From the NCBI GenBank assembly GCA_964016885.1, contig OZ024740.1, positions 55,366,001 through 55,430,000 of the forward strand: 64,000 nt of DNA, in the 5' to 3' direction. Position numbers and translations under genes: made by a program. Numbering within the stretch: position 1 is the stretch's first letter; every line of letters begins with the position of its first letter. This stretch comes from Eledone cirrhosa. Its lineage: Eukaryota. Positions 27,940-40,355 of this stretch are shown one piece after another. Under the pieces are notes generated by a model that had not been told where the DNA came from, ran no database searches, and saw only the letters and a list, made by a program, of their open reading frames with translations.

Positions 27940-28412
27940 GCTTTTGTTAAGCAAATAATGAACAGGATAAAACAAACCAGGCTGCGATACAGTAAGGAGA
28001 AATGGCCGCAAAATCCTCTGCATGGAATATACCTCAACCGAGACGGTGTTCCAGATGTATACCAACTCTTAACCCTTAGTGGCTGGCTAGCTTTGCTAGC
28101 AAGATATATGTTATTGCTGCCCAACATCAGTGCCTTCCTACCAGAAAATATAAGTGTCGTGTATGTCTGGAAAGACCATAGACAATAGATCGCATTATAT
28201 CTGGATGCAGCCAAATGGTACCGACTTATTAATTGCAAGACTGTAAGAGCGGAATTCAGTAGATATATTGGGTGATATACCGTACATTCGATCTGCCTCA
28301 TAAAGAGAATTGATGGAAGCACAAGCCAACATAAGTTTCTCAAAATACTGAAGTCTCAATCCTCTGAAATTTCAGTATTAAAACAAACATGGAAATCCAA
28401 GCTAATCGGCAA
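27940..28412 (+). mobile_element. Highly degenerate R4/Dong-like fragment
   Basis: KWPQNPLHGIYLNR, CRVC...IDRIISGCS and ATCCTCTGAAATTTCAGTATTAAAACAAAC (ILWNFSIQT-like), with many stops and frameshifts. Confidence 0.65.
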
Positions 28413-28967
28413 CATAATTTTTTTTTCATGTCTTCTTTCTTACAAATGTTGCAGCCCCATTTCATTGTATTTACTAAATTTTTCAGTAAATACAAGACCA
28501 TTGGCGGAATGTGTTATCTCAAAACAATTTCGTTATTCGACGTCATTATGATACTTGGAATGATATCCCGGTGTGCAAACAATTATATAGATCAAATACT
28601 TGGCTAGCCTCAAATCAGGGATTTGCAAATAATGATTCCCATGGGTACGTCTCACAGTTTGCGCAAGTTTCTTTCCATATAGGCACAAATATGATATATA
28701 CAAATATACATGCACTCAAACATGTTCTAACTCGCAAGTTATAAACTAAATCTTCAGGATTAGTTTACCAATTTTACATCTACAAATTATATCCTCACCT
28801 TTTAACACCAATGAGCTGGCTGTCTTTTGATGTTTCTGGTTGAAACTTGGGAGCAGCTAGTACAAAACAAAAACAAAGGCAAAACAACGATAATAACTAA
28901 AACAAATGAAACAACAACAAAAACAACTACTGCAACAACAATAACAACAACAACAATAATAATAATA

Positions 28968-29600
28968 ATGTTTCTACTTTTGGCACCAGGCCAGCAATTA
29001 TCCTCGTGCATTACTGGTACTTTATTTTATCGACCTCGTAAAAATGAAAGGCAAAGTAAACCTCGGCGGCAATAATAATAATGATGATTTCTACTGTTGG
29101 CACAAGGCCAGCAATTTGGAGGAGGGGAAAAGTCGATTAAATAGTTCCCGGTGCATTACTGATGCTTTCATTTATCGACCCGGTAAGCAGTAAAGGCAAA
29201 GCTAACCGTAACAGAATTTGAACTCAACGCAGAGGGCCAACAATTTTGGGGATGAGAAAGTCGATTAAATCGATCCTCGTGTCTTTTTATTTTAAGCTAA
29301 ATATAACTTTCTACTTTTGGCACAATGCCAGCAATTATCTCAGTGTATTACTGGTACTATATTTTATCGACCCCGTAAGGATGAAAGGCAAAGTTAACCT
29401 CGGAGGGATTTGAACTGAGACCATAAAAGGCCGTAACTCTTTGCTGCAAAGCATGGCGTCCGACCCTCTACCGATACTGCCAATCCACCGCCCTTAATGA
29501 AAGCTAAAGATAACATCAGCAGGATTTGAGCTCAGAACCTAAAGCGCCGTAACTATATGCCACAAAGCATGTTGTCCGATACTGCCAATCTACCGCCCTA
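28968..29600 (-). mobile_element. Cluster of about five nested/partial SINE copies, one full-length at ~29308-29494
   Basis: Repeated TTTCTACTTTTGGCAC..GCCAGCAATT and CCGATACTGCCAATC blocks, all minus strand, beside an (AAC/AAT)n tract. Confidence 0.85.
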
Positions 29601-29639
29601 AAATATTTGTTTCCTTTTATAAGGTTTTTCTAGCAATCG

Positions 29640-29821
29640 GTTATTAGGTGAAGCGTGTTACTTAGCTTCAGATCAGTACCTGATCTCTTAGGCTCTATAC
29701 ATCACGTAGAATTCTGGCAATGCTAGTGATGGTAGAAATTTGGGCACTACCTATGAAGTCGAAGATCTCAAGTCTTTTAATAAAAGACGTAAAGTGTTTA
29801 GAGACCGTGCCTAGCATCCCC
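29640..29821 (-). mobile_element. Short RLE-type LINE 3' end
   Basis: GMLGTVSKHFTSFIKRLEIFDFIGSAQISTITSIARILRDV* resembles the GALG...Q....TARILR.VL terminus. Confidence 0.6.
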
Positions 29822-30535
29822 AATAATGATAATGAAAATAATAATATCAATGATAATAATAATTTCTTTATTTGCAACCCAGATGAAGGAAACATTAAAG
29901 ACGGTACAGGACGATACAGTGTGTTTATTTTTTTGTGTAAAATAAAATTTATAACAGTGACTAAGAAAATAAACATTTAAAAAACATAATTTCCCCAAAG
30001 TTGAGGAGATTCCAAGTGTCCCTCGTGGAGAAATCCCACAAAAAGCCACGGTCTCCTTGTCTGTTCGCGCAAAGTGCCCCCAACCAGTTGTTTTCCAATA
30101 GACAGGCGCATGCTCGAAACAGGTCCATTCACACGGACCATGCTCACCATTCTCACCCGCCTTTCAACAAACTGGCTGGAAGGCAGCACTTACCATTCCA
30201 ACCTGATTTTCCTCTTCAAGTGAAACCAGAAAAAGTTAAACAGTTCCACTGCACGACCTTTTCCACCATGGCCACCAGGCAGATCAAAACTGCCTGTCCT
30301 CTTCTAATGGAGGACGGTGAAGTGATCTTCACAATGGATTCAGTTGATAGTCGGATCGCACCTACACTTGACAGCAGGTGCTCCACATAAACTCACTTGT
30401 CAGCAATACTCGAACATTCGATGTGTGCATGCAGCACGTTTTCGTCGCAATGCACGCACCACGGACAGACCTGGCTGGTGGCACTTTCACTCCTGTAGGG
30501 TTTATCTCCAACTGGCAAAGCTCCTCGTTAGCGGG
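29822..30535 (-). mobile_element. Older 3' fragment of an L1/Tx1-type LINE
   Basis: Broken frames give ALPVGDK.YR...CPWCVHCDENVLHAHIECSSIAD and SSQFVERRVRMVSMVRVNGP; AATAAAGAAATT then a degenerate (TTA)n tail. Confidence 0.82.
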
Positions 30536-30733
30536 ATAAGTTAACTTAATAATAAGATTTAAATTCCCCTTACTTTCTCCCGTAAAATACCATCACTAAA
30601 AATGTAGTAATATAAGGGAAGAAAAATGGGTAATAAATATTTCAAAACAGAATATGAATATATAATCTCCCTGTTGTTGCTGGTGTCGTGTTTAATTTTT
30701 CTGCCAATGTTTCTATTTTGTTTCTCTTCACGT

Positions 30734-30823
<90 letters not shown>

Positions 30824-32286
30824 TCTGTAGCTAGTATTACATTATGATACTAAGGCGTTTCAAGTAGAACATGATGCCTTTTGTATGAACATTTGATTTA
30901 TTTTCCAGATTATGATGATGATGATGATGATCACGATGATCATGATGATCATGATGATCATGCAGAGTTGAACTCAGTTTTCTCTCATAACTCAATGTCT
31001 ATTTAATTATTATGAAGCTCAATATGTTATCATGGATCTCTATCCATTTCCAATCTATTTAAATTATATTTGTTTGATTTCGTTTGAGAATTATGAAGAA
31101 AAACCATATTCGCATCAGATATACATATTTAGAACACTTTGCACGCAAATATGGAGACAAAGAATTGCTAATAGTACAGGATTCCATAGAAAGACATTCT
31201 GAATGATCAGGAGGTTAAATATCATTTAGTCAATATTATGTACTTATATATTTCTTCATATGCATATTGATACGTTTATAAATATAGTAATTTCAATAAA
31301 GCTTAGTGCTTTTGAAAAATAAATCAACTTTTAACACAACAAAAGATAGCATGAGCTTAGGTGAGAGTTTCTACATAGGACGAATGATTGGGTAGAAATA
31401 GCAAAGTAATCTCCCTCAAACGCATTAATTTCCTAATGTAATATTAACTACACAATATATATATATTTAGACGGTCTACCGCGAGCTCGTCGGGTTCGGC
31501 TAATTACCTCCACTCATTTATATATACACACACATATATATGTATGTGTGTATGAGTGTGTGTACGTGTGTGTGTGGGTGGGTGTGTATGTGTATCTATG
31601 TGTAAGGAGAAACAAAAGTAAAACAGCATTAAACATAATAAGGAGTTTACATATACACATATTCTATTTTCAAATATTTATTAGCCCTTTTACTCCCTTT
31701 TATTACATTTTTACGGGAGAATTTAAGGGAAAATTATTTCATGAAAGTAACCAAAGATATTTTGTCAACGAAGCAACTATGCCTCCACAAATCGTAAAAA
31801 CCAACTGGGAAGCCTCTACTCCTTCAGCTTGACACGCCAGATATAGCAATTAAATCTACTGTAAAAAAAAGCGCAATCACTGCTCTTATCAAGGAAACAC
31901 CATGTCACCTTAATGTCCTTAAGCTCTTATGGCTGCTTCAAACTCTGTTCCAGGAATCGTTGAGTATCCCTCGTGGAAATTGCAAATCATGAACATATCA
32001 AAGTTCAAACCTCAAAACATGATTCCCTTCATGACTAGCAAATATATCAGCCCTTAAAAATTACTGAGACTCTCAGAAGCTTAGGTGAAACTTAAAATGT
32101 ACTACTGCTATCATATGTGGGATAGTGATGTTGAGAAATACACCGGTCGCGCTGGCTACATCCACAGAAAATCTTCTTAGATAATTGTCAGACTCTCTGA
32201 ATATTGTCAAAAACTCCCTCTAGCCCACAGACATGCTGACTCTTTATTTTTGCCTGTTCTATTATATAATTACTTCGGTAATTATA

Positions 32287-32482
32287 AGGGCGGTGGATTC
32301 GCAATATCGGTAGAAGGTCGGACGCCAGGCTTTGCAGCATAGAGATACGCCCCTTTACTGTCTGAGTTCAAATCCCGCCGAGGTTAACTCTGCCTTTCAT
32401 CCTTACGGGGTCGATAAAATAAAGTACCAGTAATGAACTGGGATAATTGCTGGCCTTGTGCCTAAAGTAGAAACAATTATTA
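32287..32482 (+). mobile_element. Full-length tRNA-derived SINE copy
   Basis: AGGGCGGTGGATT...GAGTTCAAATCCCGCCGAGG...GTAGAAACAATTATTATT. Confidence 0.92.
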
Positions 32483-33134
32483 TTACTGCGTTTCCTCAGA
32501 GCTGGCTGGTCTCCTCTTTTTTTCACGTCATTTTGTTACGTCGGATCTTCCAAACCCCACACTTATCAATATCCCCTCCACCTATCCAGAAACGTTGCCA
32601 TGTGGATTTCTTTCCTTCCTCATATCCTTTCTACAAATATTGATTTAGAACAGATGAAGCGGGATATAAACTGCACCACTTTTTTCACTCTCAGAACGAT
32701 TGTAAAGGCTATCGACCTTCCTTAAAAAGCAAGCGAATGTGGCAATCAGACAGAACTAGATATGCTTATAGATTTGCACGCAATAAAGTCTGAGCTGTGG
32801 TTAACCAACAACAGCATCAGCTAAAGGGACAACAACCACTGCTATCGAAACATACAGTTCAGGTTGGTAGGAAATATGAATTACGCTAAGGAAATACGCT
32901 AATGAATTCGGAACAATATCTCTTGGAAAATTCTGCAGAATGTACATTCTTTGTTTTTGAGAAACAACATAGAATTCACAGCAGGTAAGTCCTTATAACA
33001 CGTACGACACTCATAAGCCATTGGTTAATTCAGGGCACGTGGATGAGATGTCTCAGAATACGATCAAGCAAAATATCATCTGTATGAGAACATCTCAATC
33101 ACACAGTACGCACACATGCACACCCATATTCACG

Positions 33135-33218
<84 letters not shown>

Positions 33219-33291
33219 AAACATATATATGTATGTATTAAGTGTATATATATATATGTGTATGTGTATATATATGTATGTATATATATAT

Positions 33292-33497
33292 ACAGGAAAA
33301 GAGTCAGGACCCCGACGGCTGACCTCCGGCCGTTTCGACAGCTAGATCCGAATGTTCGGATCTAACTGTGGAAACGGACGGAGCTCAGCCGTCGGGGTCC
33401 GGACTCTTTTCCTATTACCCACTCTACTACCCTAAGTATGGAGTAATCTGGAGCGTTATAGTCCACCTGTTTCCTTACCACACTTTCTTTATTTTAT
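33292..33497 (+). mobile_element. Fold-back pLTR-end mini-element (~60-bp-arm GC-rich hairpin + ~80-bp tail)
   Basis: AGGAAAAGAGTCAGGACCCCGACGGCTGA...GATCCGAA-TG-TTCGGATC...TCAGCCGTCGGGGTCCGGACTCTTTTCCT; each arm carries a GAAACGG...GCCGTC hammerhead 3' half; tail matches 9498-9580; (TA)n flanks. Confidence 0.78.
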
Positions 33498-33799
33498 AAT
33501 TATATATATATATAAATGGAATAGAATGAAACGAAATTTCATTTCTCACTCTTAGTACGCCACTTACTTAAATGTAAATGTGTATGTATGTATACGTACA
33601 TACATATATGTATACAGACGTACAGTAGTATGTATATATATATAAACACATGCACACATATATATATATGCACGTATCGGTTTACTGAACATTTATTACA
33701 ATGCTCGGTTTGTTTGTTTGTAAACAAACAAACAGCCCGAATTACGCCGTACAGTGTTTAGGCAACCACGTCACCTTTTGTTCAACACTGACATAGGAA

Positions 33800-33840
33800 C
33801 GATGTACTAGTTTCAAGCTTAGTAGCTATCGTCAGCATCA
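33800..33840 (-). ncRNA. Minimal type I hammerhead ribozyme within a pLTR remnant (~33690-33960)
   Basis: Minus strand TGATG-CTGACGA-T-AGCT acta AGCT-T-GAAA-CTAG-TA-CATCG: intact CUGANGA/GAAA core, GUA site. Confidence 0.78.
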
Positions 33841-34061
33841 TATACCCTGCTGCCAGATGGTTGAACGTCTGATAGTATAAACTCTCATTATGCATATTAA
33901 CGGCTGAGCAGCCTAATTTGCATATCGAGTGAATTCAGTCGGCCGGGCCCACCGAAAACGATAAATGGAATAGAATGAAACGAAATTTCAGGCGTAATTC
34001 GGGCTGTTTGTTTTTTTACGTCTGTATACATATATGTATGTACGTATAAATACATACTTAC

Positions 34062-34120
<59 letters not shown>

Positions 34121-34260
34121 CAGGTTATCAATAATGTAGTGATAATATATCGTTACGTTAGAGATGAACAGCGTACGTGCAGGTTTGCTCAACGAGTATA
34201 AATTATATTCCGGAGAAAATGTAGAAAGGATGAATATAAAGTGCTTTTTTTAAAAAAGGA

Positions 34261-34390
34261 ATCTATTAGGTATTGACATATGTTTCTGTAACAGACGGAA
34301 TACCTATGTATCGCTGCTTGCGTAATCATATAATGTTAGCAAGTATTCGATAGCAAATGTATAATCAGTTGTCACTTCTTCAGAGATTTT
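34261..34390 (-). ncRNA. Candidate hammerhead ribozyme with ~90-nt stem II region
   Basis: Minus strand CTGAAGA-A-GTGACA...~75 nt...TGTTAC-A-GAAA-CATATG-TC at the expected pLTR position; stem I is imperfect. Confidence 0.55.
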
Positions 34391-35133
34391 GGATAAACTG
34401 GATAAAATCAGAAAAATTGAAGTATTTATATTAGTAATAGAGGAAGAAACAGAGGGGATAGTATATGACAGATGGTAAATTAATTTACTGCTAAACAAGT
34501 ATATAATGGGTTTCTAATGAGAATACCATGAGTAAATCTAAATAAGAATTTTGGGAGTGCCAATTTTAATCTCTACTTGACCAACTGGACAGTGGACAGG
34601 GCTGGTCATTTGGTGCAGTAGTATTAATTATAAAGTGTCAATTGGGGAAGGGGGAAATTTCGATTGCTACTAAATAACATCAATGCTAGTAGCCAGCTGG
34701 TATATGCATTAGGGAATTGAATCAAGAAATCAGAAATCTCATTTTATCTATAGCAGTTTGTATTAAAAGGTAAATAATAGAAGAGTTGATAGAATTAAGA
34801 CTAATAAAGAATGTTAATATCTATTTTGACAATCAAACGGGGATAGAGACAGGCGTTCAATCCTGGTAGTATTTATAATATGTAAATGTAGATTTTAAGC
34901 GATGGTTACAGTATAACGATCGCTCTATTCTGTTATTTAATAAAATGTTTTTGGATTTCATAATACAAAATAATTCTACATTACATAATTTACAAAATTC
35001 CTGTCCATGGGATATGGGGGGTAGACGCTATTATATCCCATTTTAGGTGAAATTGTTGGTTATTTTCACGCAGCTGCCAGGCCTTGTCTGCGAGTGTTGT
35101 TACATAACACTGGTTTTCATGTTTTATCGAGTA

Positions 35134-35319
35134 ACTGTTTCTACTTTAGGCACAAAGCCAGCAATTACCCAGTGCATTACTGGTACTTTATTTTATCGAC
35201 CCCGTAAGGATGAAAGGCAAAGTCAACCTCGGCGGGATTTGAACTCAGATCGTAAAGGGACGTAACTATGCTGGAAAGCATGGTGTCCGACTCTCTACCG
35301 ATACTGCCAATCCACCAAC
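35134..35319 (-). mobile_element. SINE inserted into the GIY-YIG coding region of the Penelope-like element
   Basis: SINE interrupts ...RLYRHR|YSIKHENQ...; the frame resumes on the far side. Confidence 0.92.
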
Positions 35320-36816
35320 GATGTCTATAAAGGCGTGATTTGAAGGAGGTGGCTGTAGATCCCACATAGTACTACTTCTGTCTATCCGATTCGATAGTAC
35401 ATTTGTATACGATGTTGCGTTGAAGACACTGATTGTTCAACGGACACATTCCTGGTTGGACACAGTTGCAATTATAATTTTGCGTTGTTGTATTGCTATG
35501 GATGGGTTGATGAGGTTGCTTATGTAGGACAGGATGTTGTTTGTTGTTTTGTGATATTATAGCTAATGTTTTACGTGTATTGTTATGTGTTGGAAGGCGT
35601 TTATACAACCGTTTTGCGTTAAGCTTTTTTATATGTTGTTCAATATTAGGGGCGGTTGAATATGAAAGTCGAATAGTGTTAGGGTTTAAGATTTTATTAT
35701 ATTTATGTGATGTTGGAAAGTGTTTTTTAACTAATCGAAAGAATTTTGAGGGTAGATTGGTTTTAATAGAGTTGTTATAGACCGGGTTGTACCAAATATA
35801 CTCCTTACATCGCCTTCTGTTTGGTGGTGTGCGACTATTATTGTGTCTATTGCGGTAGCGTATGTATGGTGGTGATTCTGTGCTATTTCTACTCCTATGG
35901 GATTTATTTTGTGTGTTTTGGTGATCTTTGACTATATACTCTATATTATCTAGGTGACCGGCTTTCCTAAGTGCATCATCATAATAATCGGCATGTTCTT
36001 TGAAGGTTTGTTGGTTGGACGACAGGCGGGAGATTCTAAGAGAAACATTTCTAGGGATGGATTTAATTATAGAGAGTGGATGGTTAGAACTCGTATTTAC
36101 ATATTTAAGGTTCTCATTTAGTCTATGGAACGGTTTAATCGTATCTGTATTGAGATTGAAAGTAACATCAAGGAAATTGACCTCTTTGAGGTTATATTCA
36201 AATGTAATATTTAATCCTAGTTCCTTAAAAAGCTTTCTGATATTTTTACGCATTCTTTCTAAATTCTGGTTATTCATATGCTTAACTAATAGGAGCGCAT
36301 CGTCACGGTAGATTCCACCGTGGAGATCCTTGAATTTTCCTTGTAATCTGTGGGTGATATAAATTCCCACAAGATCTGTTACTTCCGCCGAATCATTAGA
36401 ACCCATAGTGATATCAAAATTAGAAGGTCTATCTTTGCGAACCCAGTAGCTATCATCGAATTTAACTATAGTTTTCCTCGCTTCCATAATAATTTTAATT
36501 TCAGCATCCGTAAGGTCGGAATTATCCTTAGCGAACGAAAGAGCTTCATGTAGAGTATCAGGTGAAATTGAGGAATAATATTCATCAATATCAAACTGAA
36601 TAAATTTTGATTTTTTCTTATCAGTAATGTTATTAAACCATCTTATTGCTTCATGAGTGTTACCCCATAGTTTAATCTCTACTTTAACCTTAACTTGGGG
36701 GATAATTCTGTCTAGTATATATTTGCTAATTTTGCCTATATCAGATTTAGAGGGGCATATAAGTCTAATATTAGGGTTAGTATCGAAGTTTACCTTGTGG
36801 TCCTTCAGGTTGAAGG

Positions 36817-36881
<65 letters not shown>

Positions 36882-36929
36882 TAGTTTTAGATATACATAA
36901 ACTAGACAGAGCCATAGATATAGATATAT

Positions 36930-37737
<808 letters not shown>

Positions 37738-37759
37738 AGTTAGAATGGGAAACATAAGC

Positions 37760-39000
37760 TTGTTCTATCACCCACTCAACCTAGATGTCTATATCAATAT
37801 TGTTAAAAGCTTACTGTGCCTAATTAAATAACATTTTCAAAATGCCCATGTCAAACATAAACCCTTTAATCCTCATTTCTAATTAGATAACATTAACATC
37901 AATATCGCATGCTACAACACAAATGAAAAAATATACACGGCAAAAAATAACCCTCTCAACCACCACTGTCGGATCTTGCCTCAAAATAACAGTGGTATAT
38001 AGAGCCACTCTCATTACACCAGATGCTTTTCCGAAGAACTGCAAAGGAATTTTCACTCAGAATATGCACACCTATTAGTATAGAGAAACACAAACCTCCG
38101 CATTCCAGTCCAATTTGATCTAGAGACATCTGGACGAAGGAAATAACTTCCCCAACATAACATTGCCACATTGACAGTGCCTTATATTGTAACTCCCAAA
38201 TCTCAGAGAGAAGTTGCACATATAGCAGTCTAGTGTATTTATCAACAGAATGTAGCTCGAAAAGGAACTCTTAAAATACTTGAATAGGCACTGCTAACAA
38301 CGAACATACACACGCATAACAACATGTTAGATAATACCCCTATCCACTTTAGAGCAGATGAAATTAACTGAAATCATAAATACATTCTTTTCTCACTAAA
38401 GTACCATAGCACACACGCGCTAGACCGACAGATGCGCTGCTTCTCGGTACACCATCTCAGCTGGAATAACTACGTAAATCTGTTATTGGTGGTGTGTCAG
38501 TTCCATCTCTTGACACGAAATATCCAATGAACTAATTTAATGACTACCACTTGAACCATGTTGATTTAAGAATACGAAGCCAAGAAAAATAAATCAACCT
38601 ATTAATATATATATCTAAATTTATCATTATGCGTTAATAGCTATATATACGGTGTAGTGCTCCCTTAGTCGAAGATCGAGCAGTCTGTACTTGAGAGACA
38701 ACCGTCTAAAGATAGCATGTAAATATATCTAAATATCACCATAGAAATTCTTATACTTTTTGCCGAGAACATCGAAAATGTGATGAGAAGCGTCGTACAA
38801 AAAACCCATTTCTTCGAAATCTCGATCAACCTTACATCCGGAGACATGTTTGCTCTAGATTAAAGACAATGAGTAGTTTGGACCAGAGAGGTAAGATTTC
38901 AGTACCGTTATAATCTTTTCCTAAACACCATAAATATTTGCATGACACACCCCAACAAAACTTCTAATGTAAACAATACTCACCGAGAAAACAACGAAGA
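37760..39000 (+). mobile_element. Possible very degenerate Penelope-like coding remnants
   Basis: Only scraps, such as CLKITVVYRATL near 37975-38012. Confidence 0.25.
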
Positions 39001-40102
39001 GAACATAACTGAAACAAACGCTACTAGAGGCAAACATCACATTTATAATACCATCACAAATACCACATGTTCCGACACTATTTTAAAGTCACAAAATACC
39101 TGGACACCCTAAGCTGCCTCTCACTTTTGAACTTAGAGGATCGCATCTCAAATCCAAATTTCTGGCTAATCAACTAAAAGCGAGTAAGCAAAAAAACAAC
39201 AAACAAAAAAAACAACTAAGCATATTCTAGAAGCCATCACCTCTGAAATCTCCAAATTGTTTACTTCTGTCAATGGGTCTCCGCGACATTGAGAAAAAAA
39301 CAGACTGCCGATTTTCTCAGCTCGAAATCGCGGACTTGACCCTTAAATATTGAAATAACCCCTTCATTAAGCATTGTACTTTGGAAGACTTTCCTACTGC
39401 AACGTGTGGTCTCGATGTCAGGAGAATTATGAAAGCTAGTGAGGAAATTTCATTCAACAAACTTTCTGACTGATTAAATAAGGAAGATGATGCACAATTA
39501 GACATTATTGGGACATGCGACTAATCTGAGGAAACTAAACACGTCAGATTATTCATTTTGAATACGATAAATAACTATACACTCGCGCAGCGTTCTCTCA
39601 ATGGCCTGGCACTCTCAAGAAATATAGATTGCCATGTCATGGATGAATTCCAGAAAATTATAATAGAAATATTCAGTGTTCAGGCTAACCGATGCAGTCA
39701 GAACTAATATAACCAAAGTCGACTTCTCTATATTATTGTAGATCTGCAGATAGGCAAATACTTCCTCTTTAGGAAGCCTTATATGAAAACTGTTTGCATC
39801 CTTAGGAATGTCAACCCCACTATAATTACACTTGAACAACACTAAAGGAAATTTTGATCTTGTATACATAGAATTTATGCAGAGGGTAAGACATCGTTGC
39901 CTCTACACTTTGTTTACACACATAATCAGCGCACAATCGAGTGAGAATCTGCGGTCTTGAGACCGAGAAGGACACTAATAATGGATGAATTCGATGCATG
40001 GGGAGATACAGAGTAGTTATAAAGGGAAAGAGAGAGACGGGAGTTACAGAACGGGAGAGAAGCATGAGAGTCATTGTTGTATATATACATATATATGTAT
40101 AT

Positions 40103-40355
40103 ATAGTTACTATAAGATAATTGTTTCTACTTTGGCACAAGACCGGCAATTACCCAATGCATTACTGGTACCGTTATTTTATCAACTCTGTAAGGATGAA
40201 AGGCAAAGTTAACGTCGGCGGGATTTGAACTCAGAATGCCTTTCATCCTTACGGGGTCGATGAAATAAAGTACCAGTAATGCACTGGTTAATTTGCTGGC
40301 CTTGTGCTAAAAGTAGAAACAATTATCTTATATTTACTATTTACTATAAGATAAT
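40103..40355. mobile_element. Inverted (head-to-head) pair of 5'-truncated SINE 3' halves
   Basis: Minus copy 40121-40236, plus copy 40237-40322; TTACTATAAGATAAT at 40107-40121 and 40341-40355. Confidence 0.85.

Larger units (their letters stand above)
34100..36820 (-). mobile_element. 5'-truncated Penelope-like element (Naiad-type): RT, GIY-YIG endonuclease and pLTR
   Basis: Open frame ~36815-35375: LKDHKVNF..NPNIRLICPSKSDIGKISK, FDIDEYYSSIS, FDITMGS.DSAEVTDLVG, IYRDD, FLDVTF, CNC...CPLNNQCL..NIVYKC; after one TAG, YVGSTATSFKSR..H, then past the SINE WQL..W.I...CKLC..E...LNNR...CNH; (TA)n at both ends. Confidence 0.92.

Noticed and set aside
28900-29600. Regularly recurring blocks resembling a CRISPR array
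   Set aside because: Eukaryotic context; blocks are nested SINE pieces with irregular spacing and no cas genes.
35372-35374. Stop between RT and GIY-YIG motifs as programmed readthrough
   Set aside because: It is TAG in a copy also disrupted by a SINE and a frameshift; simple decay is more likely.
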